NCBI GenBank assembly: GCA_007376135.1
Contig: VMFR01000007.1
Span: forward strand, 24,287-88,286
DNA: 64,000 bases
DNA from: Parcubacteria group bacterium Gr01-1014_31
GTDB lineage: Bacteria; Patescibacteriota; Patescibacteriia; Buchananbacterales; GWA2-38-13
Reading direction: 5' to 3'
The position numbers were made by a program, and so were the translations under genes. The notes under the pieces are model-generated. The model was not told the origin of the DNA. It worked only from the letters and a program-made list of their open reading frames with translations, and did no database searches. Positions 9,036-22,410 of the stretch are shown piece after piece (the stretch's first letter is position 1; each line of letters opens with the position of its first letter).

Positions 9036-11659
9036 ATGAAACAGGCTCAGACGATTTCGCGGGTGACCGCGTTCCTGGTGAGCGCTTTCTGTTTTACGGT
9101 GGCGCTCGGTCTGTTCGTGTATGCCGGCTCGGTCGTAGCGGCAAACTCGAACGGAAATACTAACAGCTCTCCGACGCCGACCCCCTCGGCCACGGCGACA
9201 CCAACACCGACGCCGACAGCCACGCCGACTCCGACGCCAACCGCTACCCCGACGCCGACGATTACCGTCACTTCCCCTAATGGCGGTGAGCAGTGGTTTC
9301 GTGGCAGCACGTACCGCATCACCTGGCAAATCAGTGGCAACGTACAGAGTGTGATTGTGCGGTATCTGAACACAGCCGGCAATTCCTGGGTTATCGCGCA
9401 GCTGGACGCGGCGCTGGGCGGCCACGACTGGACGGTGACAGAGGGTGTACCGACCGGCCTCTACCGCATCGAGGTGGCCGATGCCGTGTACAGCTCGCCG
9501 GTGAAAGACGCCAGTGATACTACGTTCAGTATTGTCGCGCCACCGGCGCCGAGTCCGTCACCTTCACCGACCGCGACGGCAACGCCCACGCCGACCCCGT
9601 CGCCTACGCCGACGCCAACCCCGACGGCGAGCCCGGCCTCTTCACCGGTTCCGACCGTATCGGCAACGCCGACCCCAGTTTCCAGTCCTACCCCGGGCGC
9701 CTCTGCGACCCCAACCCCAACCGCTACCCCCTGGCCAACGGTAACGCCATCGCCGCAACCATCGGCAACGCCGAGTCCGTCAACCAGCCCTCAGCCGACC
9801 GCTTCCGCGACGCCGACGATGACTCCTTCGCCGACCCTGATCCCGTTGTCCCCAACAGCCGGGTTCATTCGCGGCGATGCGAATGGCAATGGCGTCATTG
9901 ATATTTCCGATACGGTCCGCATTTTGGACTACAATGCGGGGCGTGCCACGCTGTCGTGCCTAGACGCCGCCGACGTCAATGACGACGGCACAATTTCCGG
10001 AGTCGACGCCGATGCGCTCCAGGGTTACTTATTCCTCGGCACGCACCCGGCGCCCCGTGCGCCGTTCCCGACCCGCGGTGCCGACCCCACAGCGGACCGC
10101 CTGGGTTGCAGCCAGGTGCCAAGCCGATTCACCCCCCTCGCTGGCGTGACTTTCTTGCGCGGTGACGCTGATGGTAACGGCCGCGTGGACCAGTCCGATA
10201 CCGTCCGGATCCTGGGCTACTTCAATGGTACCGGCCCGGCCCCGACCTGCCTGGACGCCGCCGACGTGGACGATGACGGCTGGGTCAGCCCGTTCGATGC
10301 CGCGCGCCTGCAGCGGTGGCTGTTCTTGGGCGGTGCGGCACCTGCAGCGCGACGCCGCGGCCTTCCGTTGCTCCGACTCCGACGAGTTCCCCTCGTCCGT
10401 TGCCCACCCCCGCCGCAGCGCCGACGATCACGCAGGTCGGACAGTTCCTCCGCGGTGATGCCAATGGCGATGGCAAGCTGGATATCTCCGATGCGGTCAC
10501 CATCAATACCATGATCCATCTGGGAGGTACAATCGCCTGTCTGGATGCGGCGGACGCGAATGACAATGGCGGCGTAACTTCGGCTGATGCCGACTATGTG
10601 CTCGCCTATCTGTTCCGCGGCGGGCCAGCGCCGGCCGCACCTTACCCCGCCAAGGGGAACGATTCGACCGCTGATAGTCTGAACTGCGGCGAACAGGGCG
10701 GTGGTGCTTCCGGCATCTCCTTCTTGCGCGGAGACGCGAACGCCGATGGCCGCGTGGACCAGTCCGATACGGTACGTATCAACGAGTACCTGAATGATCG
10801 CGGCAGCATCAGTTGTCTGGATGCCGCCGATACGAACGACGATGGCGTGGTCAGCACGATGGACGCCCGCGCGCTGCAGGGGTTCCTGTTCCTCGGCAGC
10901 TACCCGTCGCCGCGCCAGCCCTATCCGACGGTCGGTTTGGACACGACGACTGACGGCTTGGGATGCGCCGCGTACCGCGGCAGCGTCGCGCCAACACCAA
11001 GCGTAAGCCCTTCCCCCAGCGCATCACCGACGGTAAGCCCGACACCGAGCGGTTCGCCACAACCGTCCACGAGCCCGACGTCCAGCGCCTCGCCTGCGGT
11101 TTCGCCGACGCCCGCCCAGTCGCCGGTTCCTCCGGGCGCAACGGCGCTCTACATCCGCGGTGACGCCAACGGCAGCGGCGGATTGGATATCTCCGACACC
11201 GCCCGCATCTTGGATTACCTGGTTGGTCGCGCGTCGATCGCCTGCTTGGATGCCGCCGACGTCAATGATGACGGGCAGATCACCGACGCTGACGCCGATG
11301 CGATCCAGGGCTACCTGTTCCTCGGTACGCATCCGGCGCCCCGTGCGCCGTTCCCAACCCGAGGTGCCGACCCGACAGCGGATCAGCTTGGCTGCACGCA
11401 CGTGCCGTTCCGGCTGACCCCGCCAGCCGTGACCTTCCTGCGCGGCGATGCCGACGGCAGCGGCCGCATTGACCAGGCCGACACCCTGCGCATTTTGAAC
11501 TACTTCAACGGCATCGGCCCGGCCCCGACCTGTCTGGACGCCGCCGACGTGGACGATGACGGCTGGGTCAGCCCGTTCGATGCCGCGCGCCTGCAGCGGT
11601 GGCTGTTCTTGGGCGGTGCGGCACCTGCAGCGAGGACACCACTTTCTATCTTTCTATGA
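9036..11659 (+). CDS. Surface protein with N-terminal TM, Ser/Thr-rich Ig-like domain, Pro-Thr linkers and six dockerin-like modules; frame broken at ~10349
   Basis: ORFs 9012-10514 and 10316-11659 carry six F(I/L)RGDA(N/D)xxG..D.SD....CLDAADxxDDG modules and (PT)n tracts; the frame switches right after a 99-bp exact internal repeat. Confidence 0.75.
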
Positions 11660-12987
11660 TGAGACGATTGCTCCGCCATCGTATTCCGAATTTTATCGTT
11701 GGTTGGTACCACTGGGGTTTGGCGCATTGGGCGAACATTTGGTACCGCCGGCCGTCGGAACGCCTGATGGTCATCGGTATCACGGGTACGTCAGGGAAGT
11801 CGACGGTCGCGGCGATGACCGTCGGCATTCTGGAAGACGCCGGGTATACGGTCGGCTTGGCGTCGACCATCAGTTTCAAAGTGGGAACGATCGAGCGTCC
11901 GAACGACACCAAAATGACGATGGTCGGGCGTTTCCAACTCCAGAAGTTGCTGGCGCAAATGGTGAAAGCCGGCTGTGATTTCGCGATCATTGAAACGACA
12001 TCGCTTGGCATTGCCCAGTCGCGGCATGTGGGCATTCACTACGACACGGCGGTGCTGACCAATCTGTACCCCGAGCATATTGATGCGCACGGGGGGTTTG
12101 AAAAATACGTCGCGGCCAAGCGCGAGCTGTTTTCTCACCTCCAGCGCTTGCCGCACAAGACGATCGCCGGTATGCGGATCCCCAAGACCATCATCGTCAA
12201 CCTTGATGTGGCGCGATCATCTGAGTTTCTTGCATCCCTCGTGGATAAAAAGATCGGCGTGACGACGAAGGCGCGCTACGATATTTCCGGCGTCGAGGAG
12301 CTGCGCGGGGAGGTTTTACACAATGCGGGCCGCGTGGGTGTGCGGGTGCTGGGCGAGGATCTGTGGCTTGCTCTGCACGGCGAGCATAACGCGGAAAACG
12401 CCCTGCTCGCTGCGGCGATCGCCCGCGCTCATGGGGTGTCCTGGACGCACGTGCGCAGCGGTCTAGCCAGTCTGGCTGCACTGCCGGGACGCATCGAACG
12501 CGTGGATGCCGGCCAGCCCTTTACCGTCATTGTCGACTATGCGTTCGAACCGGTCGCGATGGAAAAATTGTATACGGTCGTTTCCGCGTTGCCGCATCGG
12601 CGGGTGTTGCAGGTGCTCGGAACGACCGGCGGCGGACGCGACCGCGATCGTGGCGAGGTGCTCGGCCGGATGGCCGGACGTTTCGCCGATTACGTCGTTG
12701 CCACCAACGAAGACCCCTACGATGATGATCCCGCAATGCTGGCAAGCCGCGTGGTGCGCGGCGCCCAGGCCGAGGGGAAGACGCTCGGGAAGGACCTGCT
12801 CTTTGAACTTGATCGTCGTCGTGCGATCCGTCTGGCCCTGCGGGAAGCAAAAGCTGCTGACGTCGTGCTGGTGACTGGAAAGGGAAGTGAACAGGCCATG
12901 GTGGTGGTGGGGAATAAGAAGGTACCGTGGGATGACCGCGCAGTTATTCGGGAGGAAATTTCCACCCTCATTTCACAAGCTCGATAG
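11656..12987 (+). CDS. murE: UDP-N-acetylmuramoyl-dipeptide amino acid ligase (MurE family)
   Basis: IGITGTSGKST P-loop, IETTS, LTNLYPEHIDAH, PGRIE, IVDYA, TNEDPY and VTGKG motifs. Confidence 0.88.
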   Translation: MMRRLLRHRIPNFIVGWYHWGLAHWANIWYRRPSERLMVIGITGTSGKSTVAAMTVGILEDAGYTVGLASTISFKVGTIERPNDTKMTMVGRFQLQKLLAQMVKAGCDFAIIETTSLGIAQSRHVGIHYDTAVLTNLYPEHIDAHGGFEKYVAAKRELFSHLQRLPHKTIAGMRIPKTIIVNLDVARSSEFLASLVDKKIGVTTKARYDISGVEELRGEVLHNAGRVGVRVLGEDLWLALHGEHNAENALLAAAIARAHGVSWTHVRSGLASLAALPGRIERVDAGQPFTVIVDYAFEPVAMEKLYTVVSALPHRRVLQVLGTTGGGRDRDRGEVLGRMAGRFADYVVATNEDPYDDDPAMLASRVVRGAQAEGKTLGKDLLFELDRRRAIRLALREAKAADVVLVTGKGSEQAMVVVGNKKVPWDDRAVIREEISTLISQAR

Positions 12988-12997
12988 CGTGCCGCGG

Positions 12998-13067
12998 TGT
13001 GGATAACCATAGAGGTGAGGTATATTTTGTTTTCGTTGAGCAAAAAAACGTTTTTTTGTTTTCCACA
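12998..13067. promoter_or_regulatory. DnaA-box-like sites upstream of rpoB
   Basis: TGTGGATAA at 12998-13006 is a perfect reverse TTATCCACA; TTTTCCACA at 13059-13067. Confidence 0.45.
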
Positions 13068-13088
13068 GTGTTTATGGTCTCCCGGGAT

Positions 13089-13117
13089 TTGACAAATTTT
13101 TGTGATTGTGATAGATT
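13089..13117 (+). promoter_or_regulatory. Sigma70-type promoter of rpoBC
   Basis: TTGACA-17 bp-(TG)A-TAGATT, with an extended -10. Confidence 0.7.
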
Positions 13118-13469
13118 TTTGCCACTACTGAATGCTCTACCGTGATGGGTTTTGGCCTTTTGCGGTTGGAGCAGCGGCGGCGACCATGGAATTTCGCCGC
13201 TGTCGGCCTGGGGTTTTACCGCCGGGCAAAATAAAACGCGAGGATCTCACCTGCAGAACCTTGGACTGTAGGTTTTGAGTCTGTAATCCCTCAACCGACA
13301 CCTTCGGCGCGCGGTAATTTTTGCCCCATCGCGGGGCGCGCAGCCAGGGTTTCCGCCACGGGATTAACCACCCCCACCGTGGGTAGCGTTGCGCCACACC
13401 AATAACTTCATATCATTTTTTACCCTCGTCTCCACCGGGAGAGGAGATCTTTTTGTTTGTCCGCTGCCT

Positions 13470-16859
<3,390 letters not shown>

Positions 16860-16873
16860 GCAGTTTGCCCTCT

Positions 16874-19800
16874 ATGTTCCACGAAATGGAAACCAAGACC
16901 TTGGACTTCGACGCGTTGCGGCTGCGGCTCGCGTCGCCCGAGCGCATGCGCGAGTGGTCGCACGGCGAGGTGACCAAGGCCGAGACCGTGAACTATCGGA
17001 CGCAGAAGCCCGAGAAGGACGGGTTGTTCGACGAGCGCATCTTCGGGCCGTCCAAAGATTGGGAGTGCTACTGCGGAAAGTATAAAAAGGTGCGGTATAA
17101 GGGGATCGTCTGCGACAAGTGCGGCGTCGAGGTGACGCGGTCGGTGGTGCGCCGCGAGCGGATGGGCCACATTGAGCTGGCGTCGCCCGTGTCTCACATC
17201 TGGTTCTTGCGCGGCGTGCCGTCGCGCATCGGTTTGCTGCTGGATCTGTCGCTGCAAAACCTGGAAAAGGTGGTCTACTTCGCCAGCTTTATCGTCACGC
17301 GCGTCGACGAGGATTCCAAAAAGTCGACTCTGGAGCAGATCCGTCAAGAGTACAAAGCCAAGAAGAAGAAATTCGACGAAGATTTCAACCGCCAAGCCGC
17401 GCTCGTACGTCAGCAGATCAGCAAGGCCCGCCCGTCTTTGCAAGGCGAAGCGCTGGCAGCCAAGGTCGAGGAAGAGCTGCATCGCGTGCAGAAAGCGAAG
17501 GAGGAGCGGACGTCAGAGTTGGATGGCGTGCTGCACCTGGCCGAAGCCGAACTCAAGGACCTCAAGCCGTTGAAGATCTTGTCCGAGCACCAGTACCAGG
17601 ACCTATCGTTGAAATACGGCCATCTGTTCGAGGCCGGCATCGGCGCCGAAGCCGTCCGGCAGCTGCTGGAGGATATCGACCTGGAAAAAGTGGTGGACGG
17701 GTTGAACACGAAACTGGAATCGGCCCATGGGCCGATGCGCGAGAAGCTGACCAAGCGGCTGCGCCTGTGCTCGGACCTGATGCGCAACAAGATCCGCCCC
17801 GAGTGGATGGTGCTGACGACCATCCCGGTCATCCCGCCCGACCTGCGGCCGATGGTACCGTTGGACGGGGGACGGTTCGCCACCTCCGATCTCAACGACC
17901 TCTACCGGCGCATCATTAATCGCAACAACCGGCTCAAGCAGCTGGTTGAACTGAACGCCCCGGAAGTCATCTGCCGCAACGAAAAGCGCATGCTGCAGGA
18001 GGCGGTCGACGCGCTGATCGACAACAACGCGCGCCATGGCAAGACGGTGGTCGCATCCACCGGCCAAAAGCGCATGCTCAAATCGCTGGCCGACATCCTG
18101 CGCGGCAAGCAGGGCCGTTTCCGGCAGAACCTGCTGGGCAAACGCATCGACTACTCGGGCCGCAGCGTCATCGTCGTGGGGCCCAAGCTCAAGCTCGACC
18201 AGTGCGGGCTGCCGAAGAAAATGGCGCTCGAACTGTTCAAACCGTTCATCATTTCCCGCATCATCAAGGCCGAGTACGTGCACAATGTCCGCTCGGCGTC
18301 GCGATTCATCGACAGCGGGCGGCCCGAAGTGTGGGACATTCTCGAGGATATCGTCAAAGGCTCGTACGTCCTGCTGAACCGCGCTCCAACCTTGCACCGG
18401 CTCGGCATCCAGGCCTTTAAACCGACGCTCATCGAGGGCAAGGCCATCCAAGTCCACCCGCTGGTGTGTTCTGCTTTCAACGCGGACTTCGACGGCGACC
18501 AGATGGCCGTGCATGTGCCGTTGACCGAAGAGGCCAAGCGCGAGGCGGCCGAGATCATGCTGTCTACTCGGAATTTATTGAAACCCGCGACCGGCGCGCC
18601 CATCACCAACCCGACCATGGACATGGTGTGGGGCTGCTACTACATGACGATGGTGACCGAGCCCAAGCACGGCAAGCCAAAGATCTTCTCGACGGTCGCC
18701 GAGGCCAACTGCGCCTACCAGCTGCGGCATATCAAATTGCAGGAAAAGCTCCAGCTACCCGCTGGCGTCATTCCGCGGCCGGTGCTTGACGACGAGGGCA
18801 AGAAGCTGGGCAAATCGGCGCTGGTGACCACGTCGATGGGGCGCGTCCTGTTCAACGACGTGCTGCCACCGGATTACCCGTTCGTCAATAGCCTGATGGA
18901 CAAAAAGTCGCTGGCTAAGATCGTTGCGCGGCTCTTGGAGCGGTACTCGTTCGAGGAAGCCGCGACGTTGCTGGATAAGATCAAGGAGTTCGGCTTCAAG
19001 TACCTTACTCGCTCGGGTTTCTCGTGGGGAATGGATGACATCCCGGCGTTGGCGGAAAAGCACGTCATGGTCGAGCAGGGCGACCGCGAGGTAGCCGAGA
19101 TCAACGACCAGTTCGAAATGGGTTTGCTGACCGATTCCGAGCGCCATACCAAGGTTATTGAGACGTGGATGAAGATCAAGGACAGCATCGTCGGCATTTC
19201 CCGCAAGGCGTTGGATCCGACGGGACCGGTGTACACGATGGTGGAATCCGGCGCCCGCGGGTCGTGGTCCCAGTTGATCCAGATCATGGGTATGAAGGGC
19301 CTGGTGACCAACCCCGCCGGTGATATCATCGAGCTGCCGGTGAAGGGCAATTTCAAGGAAGGGTTCGACGTGCTGGAGTATTTCATTTCGACGCACGGCG
19401 CGCGCAAGGGGTTGTCCGACACCGCGCTGCGCACAGCCAACGCCGGCTACCTGACGCGCCGTCTGGTGGACGTGGCCCAGGATCTGGTCATCTCGAGCGA
19501 GGACTGCGGCGACACCGAAGGCTTCACGTTCAACCGCGCCGACAGCGAGTCGGTTGGGCTGCACCTGGTCGACCGCGTCATTAACCGCTTCAGCCTCCAG
19601 GAGGTTATCCCGCCCCGGGCGCGCAAGCCCTTGCTGCATGTGGACGAGCTCATTACGCCCGCGCTGGCCGAAAGTCTGCGCAAGCTTGATCTGCCGGAGT
19701 TGTGGGTGCGGTCCGTTCTGTCGTGCAAGAACCGGCGCGGCATCTGCCAAAAGTGTTACGGCCAGGATTTGGGATATAATAAGCTGGTCAAGATGGGGAC

Positions 19801-20851
19801 CGCGGTCGGCATCATCGCCGCCCAGTCCATCGGGGAGCCTGGTACGCAGCTGACCATGCGGACGTTCCATACCGGGGGCGTGGCCGGCTTGGACATTACC
19901 CAGGGTCTACCGCGGGTGGAAGAGATCTTCGAGGCGCGCAGCCCGAAGGTCAAGGCATTCGTTTCGGAAGTCGCCGGCAAGGTGACGGTCAGACCGGTCT
20001 CGGCCGGTTCGCGCCAGAAGATGGTGGAGGTCGCGTACCGCGAAATGGGCCGTGATATCTATCCGATCGTCCCCGTCACCAAAGGCAAGGGAAAAAAGAA
20101 AGCCGCGGTCGGCGGCGCCATCGAAGTAAAAGAGGGCCAGAAAGTGAACGACGAAGAATTGTTAGGGGTGAACGCCGCTGGCGAGAAGGTGCTGGCCAAG
20201 CGCGGCGGCACCGTCCACGTGGAGGATGGGGCGGTCGTCATCGTCGCCGAACAGGACAAGACCAAAGAGTATGTCATTCCGACCGAGTTCACCATCATCG
20301 TGAAGAGCGGGGACCTCGTGGGTCCGGGTGACCGGTTGACGGATGGCAGCCTTGATCTGCGCCAGCTGTACCGTCTCAAGGGCATGGCCGACACCCAGCG
20401 GTATGTGCTGCGCGAGATCCAGACCATTTATACCAGCCAGGGCCAGCAGCTCAATGATAAGCACGTCGAGCTGATCATCCGGCAGATGTTTTCCCGGGTT
20501 CAGGTCAAGGATTCCGGCGACACTCCGCTGCTGGCAAGCAGTCGTCTGGAGTGGACGGAATTCGTCGCTCTTAACCAGCAGCAGAAGGATGGCAAGCGCC
20601 CGGCGGACGGCGAGCGGCTGCTCCTGGGTATCACGAAGGTCAGCCTGTCCACGTCCAGCTTCCTGTCGGCCGCGTCCTTCCAGGAAACTTCGCGGGTCCT
20701 CATCAACGCCGCCGTGCAGGGGAGAATTGATTTCCTGGAGGGCTTGAAGGAGAACGTCATCATCGGCCGCCTTATTCCGGCGGGCACGGGGTTCCGCATC
20801 ATTGCTCCCGTGCTGGTCGGTGCGACTCCCATCACCGAGGATAGTGAGTAA
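16874..20851 (+). CDS. rpoC: RNA polymerase beta' subunit
   Basis: CYCGKYK zinc ribbon, NADFDGD catalytic motif, GEPGTQLTMRTFH and SAASFQET. Confidence 0.99.
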   Translation: MFHEMETKTLDFDALRLRLASPERMREWSHGEVTKAETVNYRTQKPEKDGLFDERIFGPSKDWECYCGKYKKVRYKGIVCDKCGVEVTRSVVRRERMGHIELASPVSHIWFLRGVPSRIGLLLDLSLQNLEKVVYFASFIVTRVDEDSKKSTLEQIRQEYKAKKKKFDEDFNRQAALVRQQISKARPSLQGEALAAKVEEELHRVQKAKEERTSELDGVLHLAEAELKDLKPLKILSEHQYQDLSLKYGHLFEAGIGAEAVRQLLEDIDLEKVVDGLNTKLESAHGPMREKLTKRLRLCSDLMRNKIRPEWMVLTTIPVIPPDLRPMVPLDGGRFATSDLNDLYRRIINRNNRLKQLVELNAPEVICRNEKRMLQEAVDALIDNNARHGKTVVASTGQKRMLKSLADILRGKQGRFRQNLLGKRIDYSGRSVIVVGPKLKLDQCGLPKKMALELFKPFIISRIIKAEYVHNVRSASRFIDSGRPEVWDILEDIVKGSYVLLNRAPTLHRLGIQAFKPTLIEGKAIQVHPLVCSAFNADFDGDQMAVHVPLTEEAKREAAEIMLSTRNLLKPATGAPITNPTMDMVWGCYYMTMVTEPKHGKPKIFSTVAEANCAYQLRHIKLQEKLQLPAGVIPRPVLDDEGKKLGKSALVTTSMGRVLFNDVLPPDYPFVNSLMDKKSLAKIVARLLERYSFEEAATLLDKIKEFGFKYLTRSGFSWGMDDIPALAEKHVMVEQGDREVAEINDQFEMGLLTDSERHTKVIETWMKIKDSIVGISRKALDPTGPVYTMVESGARGSWSQLIQIMGMKGLVTNPAGDIIELPVKGNFKEGFDVLEYFISTHGARKGLSDTALRTANAGYLTRRLVDVAQDLVISSEDCGDTEGFTFNRADSESVGLHLVDRVINRFSLQEVIPPRARKPLLHVDELITPALAESLRKLDLPELWVRSVLSCKNRRGICQKCYGQDLGYNKLVKMGTAVGIIAAQSIGEPGTQLTMRTFHTGGVAGLDITQGLPRVEEIFEARSPKVKAFVSEVAGKVTVRPVSAGSRQKMVEVAYREMGRDIYPIVPVTKGKGKKKAAVGGAIEVKEGQKVNDEELLGVNAAGEKVLAKRGGTVHVEDGAVVIVAEQDKTKEYVIPTEFTIIVKSGDLVGPGDRLTDGSLDLRQLYRLKGMADTQRYVLREIQTIYTSQGQQLNDKHVELIIRQMFSRVQVKDSGDTPLLASSRLEWTEFVALNQQQKDGKRPADGERLLLGITKVSLSTSSFLSAASFQETSRVLINAAVQGRIDFLEGLKENVIIGRLIPAGTGFRIIAPVLVGATPITEDSE

Positions 20852-20869
20852 CCGTTCGCTGAGAATAGT

Positions 20870-20898
20870 AAACCGCCGCCCATCCGGGCGGCGGTTTT
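20870..20898. terminator. Terminator after rpoC
   Basis: AAACCGCCGCCC-ATCC-GGGCGGCGGTTTT. Confidence 0.75.
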
Positions 20899-20932
20899 GG
20901 CATTGCTTCAATGTCCGGGCGCTCATACTATC

Positions 20933-20957
20933 AACCATAAAGTATTACTTTACGGTT
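20933..20957. repeat. 25-bp palindromic direct repeat, copy 1
   Basis: AACCATAAAGTATTACTTTACGGTT; matches 22103-22127 at 24/25. Confidence 0.9.
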
Positions 20958-20977
20958 AATAATACCGGCCAATGCTT

Positions 20978-21997
20978 CTACCCGCCCCCGAATTGCTGTT
21001 CGATGCGGCGGTAGGTGAAGGCGGAAATATCGCGTATGATCTTCACGAGTGCATCAAAGTCGCTTCCTCGGGTCATGATGCACAGTAGGTATGGGCGTTG
21101 CGGATGGTAGATGATGCCGCAATCGTGGAGCTGTTTATCGGGGCTATCCTTCTGGCCGCGCTCGCCAAATTTGTGCGCGACGGAAACCCCTGGGTCCACG
21201 CCGGCGGGGAGCCCTTTTTTGAAATCAGTTTCGGTCAGGAGACGCAACACCTGCTCCGATTCGTTAATACCGAGATAGGAAGCATTGTAGAGGATACGGA
21301 AGAACGAAGCATACGTTTTGGCCGTGATGAAATAATCCTGGCCCCCAGGCGCCACCAGTCCAAGGTCTTGAAAGGTTTTTTCCAGTTCATCGTCGCCGAC
21401 CGCGTTTTTGAGCAACGTGGCGGCATTGTTGTCGGAGTATTTTACCATCATCATCGCCAACTCTTCTACCGTGAACGAGGCTCCCGGCGTCTGCTCCGGC
21501 GACTGGATGTGCTGGGTAAAGGCGCTGGGGCCGGCATCGCGGTAGGGTATCACGCTCCGCAATAATTCTGGATTATCGCGGCTCAGCCGGTAGACGGTCA
21601 TGAGGATGGGTACCTTCAATAGGCTGGCGGGGATGAAGTCGTCCTGTTCATGAATGCCAAACCACGGGCCGTTGTTCAGGTCGCGGAAATAAACGGAAAT
21701 TTTTGATGCCCGGCCATCGTCGACCATATCGTCGACCAGTTGCACCATATCGTAGCGGAAGGGGCGCAGATGTTGGGCTAAATATTCCTGGCCTTGGTCG
21801 CACTCCAGGAGCGGGTTGACCAGAGTATATTTCCCACGCCGGACTTCGCGCAGGCTGTCCGGCGTCAGTGGGGAGAGGGAGGAGAGCATGGTTCCGGCGA
21901 TGCCCAGCCCCACGCCAAGGAGAAGTATGAAGAACGCGGCGATTCCCGTTTTCGCCCGTCGATGGCTCGGCGACCGTGCTGCGTCGAACGGTTGCAT
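20978..21997 (-). CDS. Class A beta-lactamase-like serine hydrolase with N-terminal TM
   Basis: SxxK (ASLLK), SDN (YSDN) and KTG-like (HKFG) motifs, HDCGIIY; start uncertain (21997-22108). Confidence 0.82.
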   Translation of the reverse strand: MQPFDAARSPSHRRAKTGIAAFFILLLGVGLGIAGTMLSSLSPLTPDSLREVRRGKYTLVNPLLECDQGQEYLAQHLRPFRYDMVQLVDDMVDDGRASKISVYFRDLNNGPWFGIHEQDDFIPASLLKVPILMTVYRLSRDNPELLRSVIPYRDAGPSAFTQHIQSPEQTPGASFTVEELAMMMVKYSDNNAATLLKNAVGDDELEKTFQDLGLVAPGGQDYFITAKTYASFFRILYNASYLGINESEQVLRLLTETDFKKGLPAGVDPGVSVAHKFGERGQKDSPDKQLHDCGIIYHPQRPYLLCIMTRGSDFDALVKIIRDISAFTYRRIEQQFGGG

Positions 21998-22102
21998 AGT
22001 ATTGCCGTTATCGTACGGCATCATATTCGCCGCGTCCAGTTTCACATCCGCCGCGGTTGCGGCTTGATCGATCGTTCGTCTCAGGGCCGGGAGAATTACA
22101 TA

Positions 22103-22127
22103 AACCATAAAGTATTACTTCACGGTT
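22103..22127. repeat. 25-bp palindromic direct repeat, copy 2
   Basis: AACCATAAAGTATTACTTCACGGTT. Confidence 0.9.
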
Positions 22128-22200
22128 TGTACATTTTATGGTAGGTTGGGGATAACCCGGACTGTCAGAAGCGGTCCAGGGTTTGCGGCAGCCGTCGCGT

Positions 22201-22410
22201 ATGCCCGGTAGTACAACGGGCTGGCGCTGAAGGTGGGAGCCGGCGCAATGAAATTACATTGTGTAGCTCGGACCACTCAAACTCGACCGTTGTCCTATCG
22301 GGTTATGCCCCGTAGTACAACGGACTGTCGGTGAATGGGGTATAAGTTCACGAAGAGGGCTAAAATCGTGAGTTTTGCGAGCATACGTCAATGCCGTTGT
22401 CCTACGGGGT
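22201..22410. repeat. Two tandem ~105-bp inverted-repeat-bounded units (22201-22304, 22305-22410)
   Basis: Each begins ATGCCC(G/C)GTAGTACAACGG and ends CCGTTGTCCTA(TC/CG)GGG(T); the interiors are unrelated. Confidence 0.85.

Noticed and set aside
9170-9840. Nucleotide tandem repeats (CCGACG)n as a non-coding repeat or phase-variation tract
   Set aside because: Explained by Pro-Thr linker coding with synonymous variation.
12990-13090. Replication origin
   Set aside because: Only one perfect and one near DnaA box, with no dnaA/dnaN nearby; similar single boxes occur in other spacers (about 22148, 32918, 43540).
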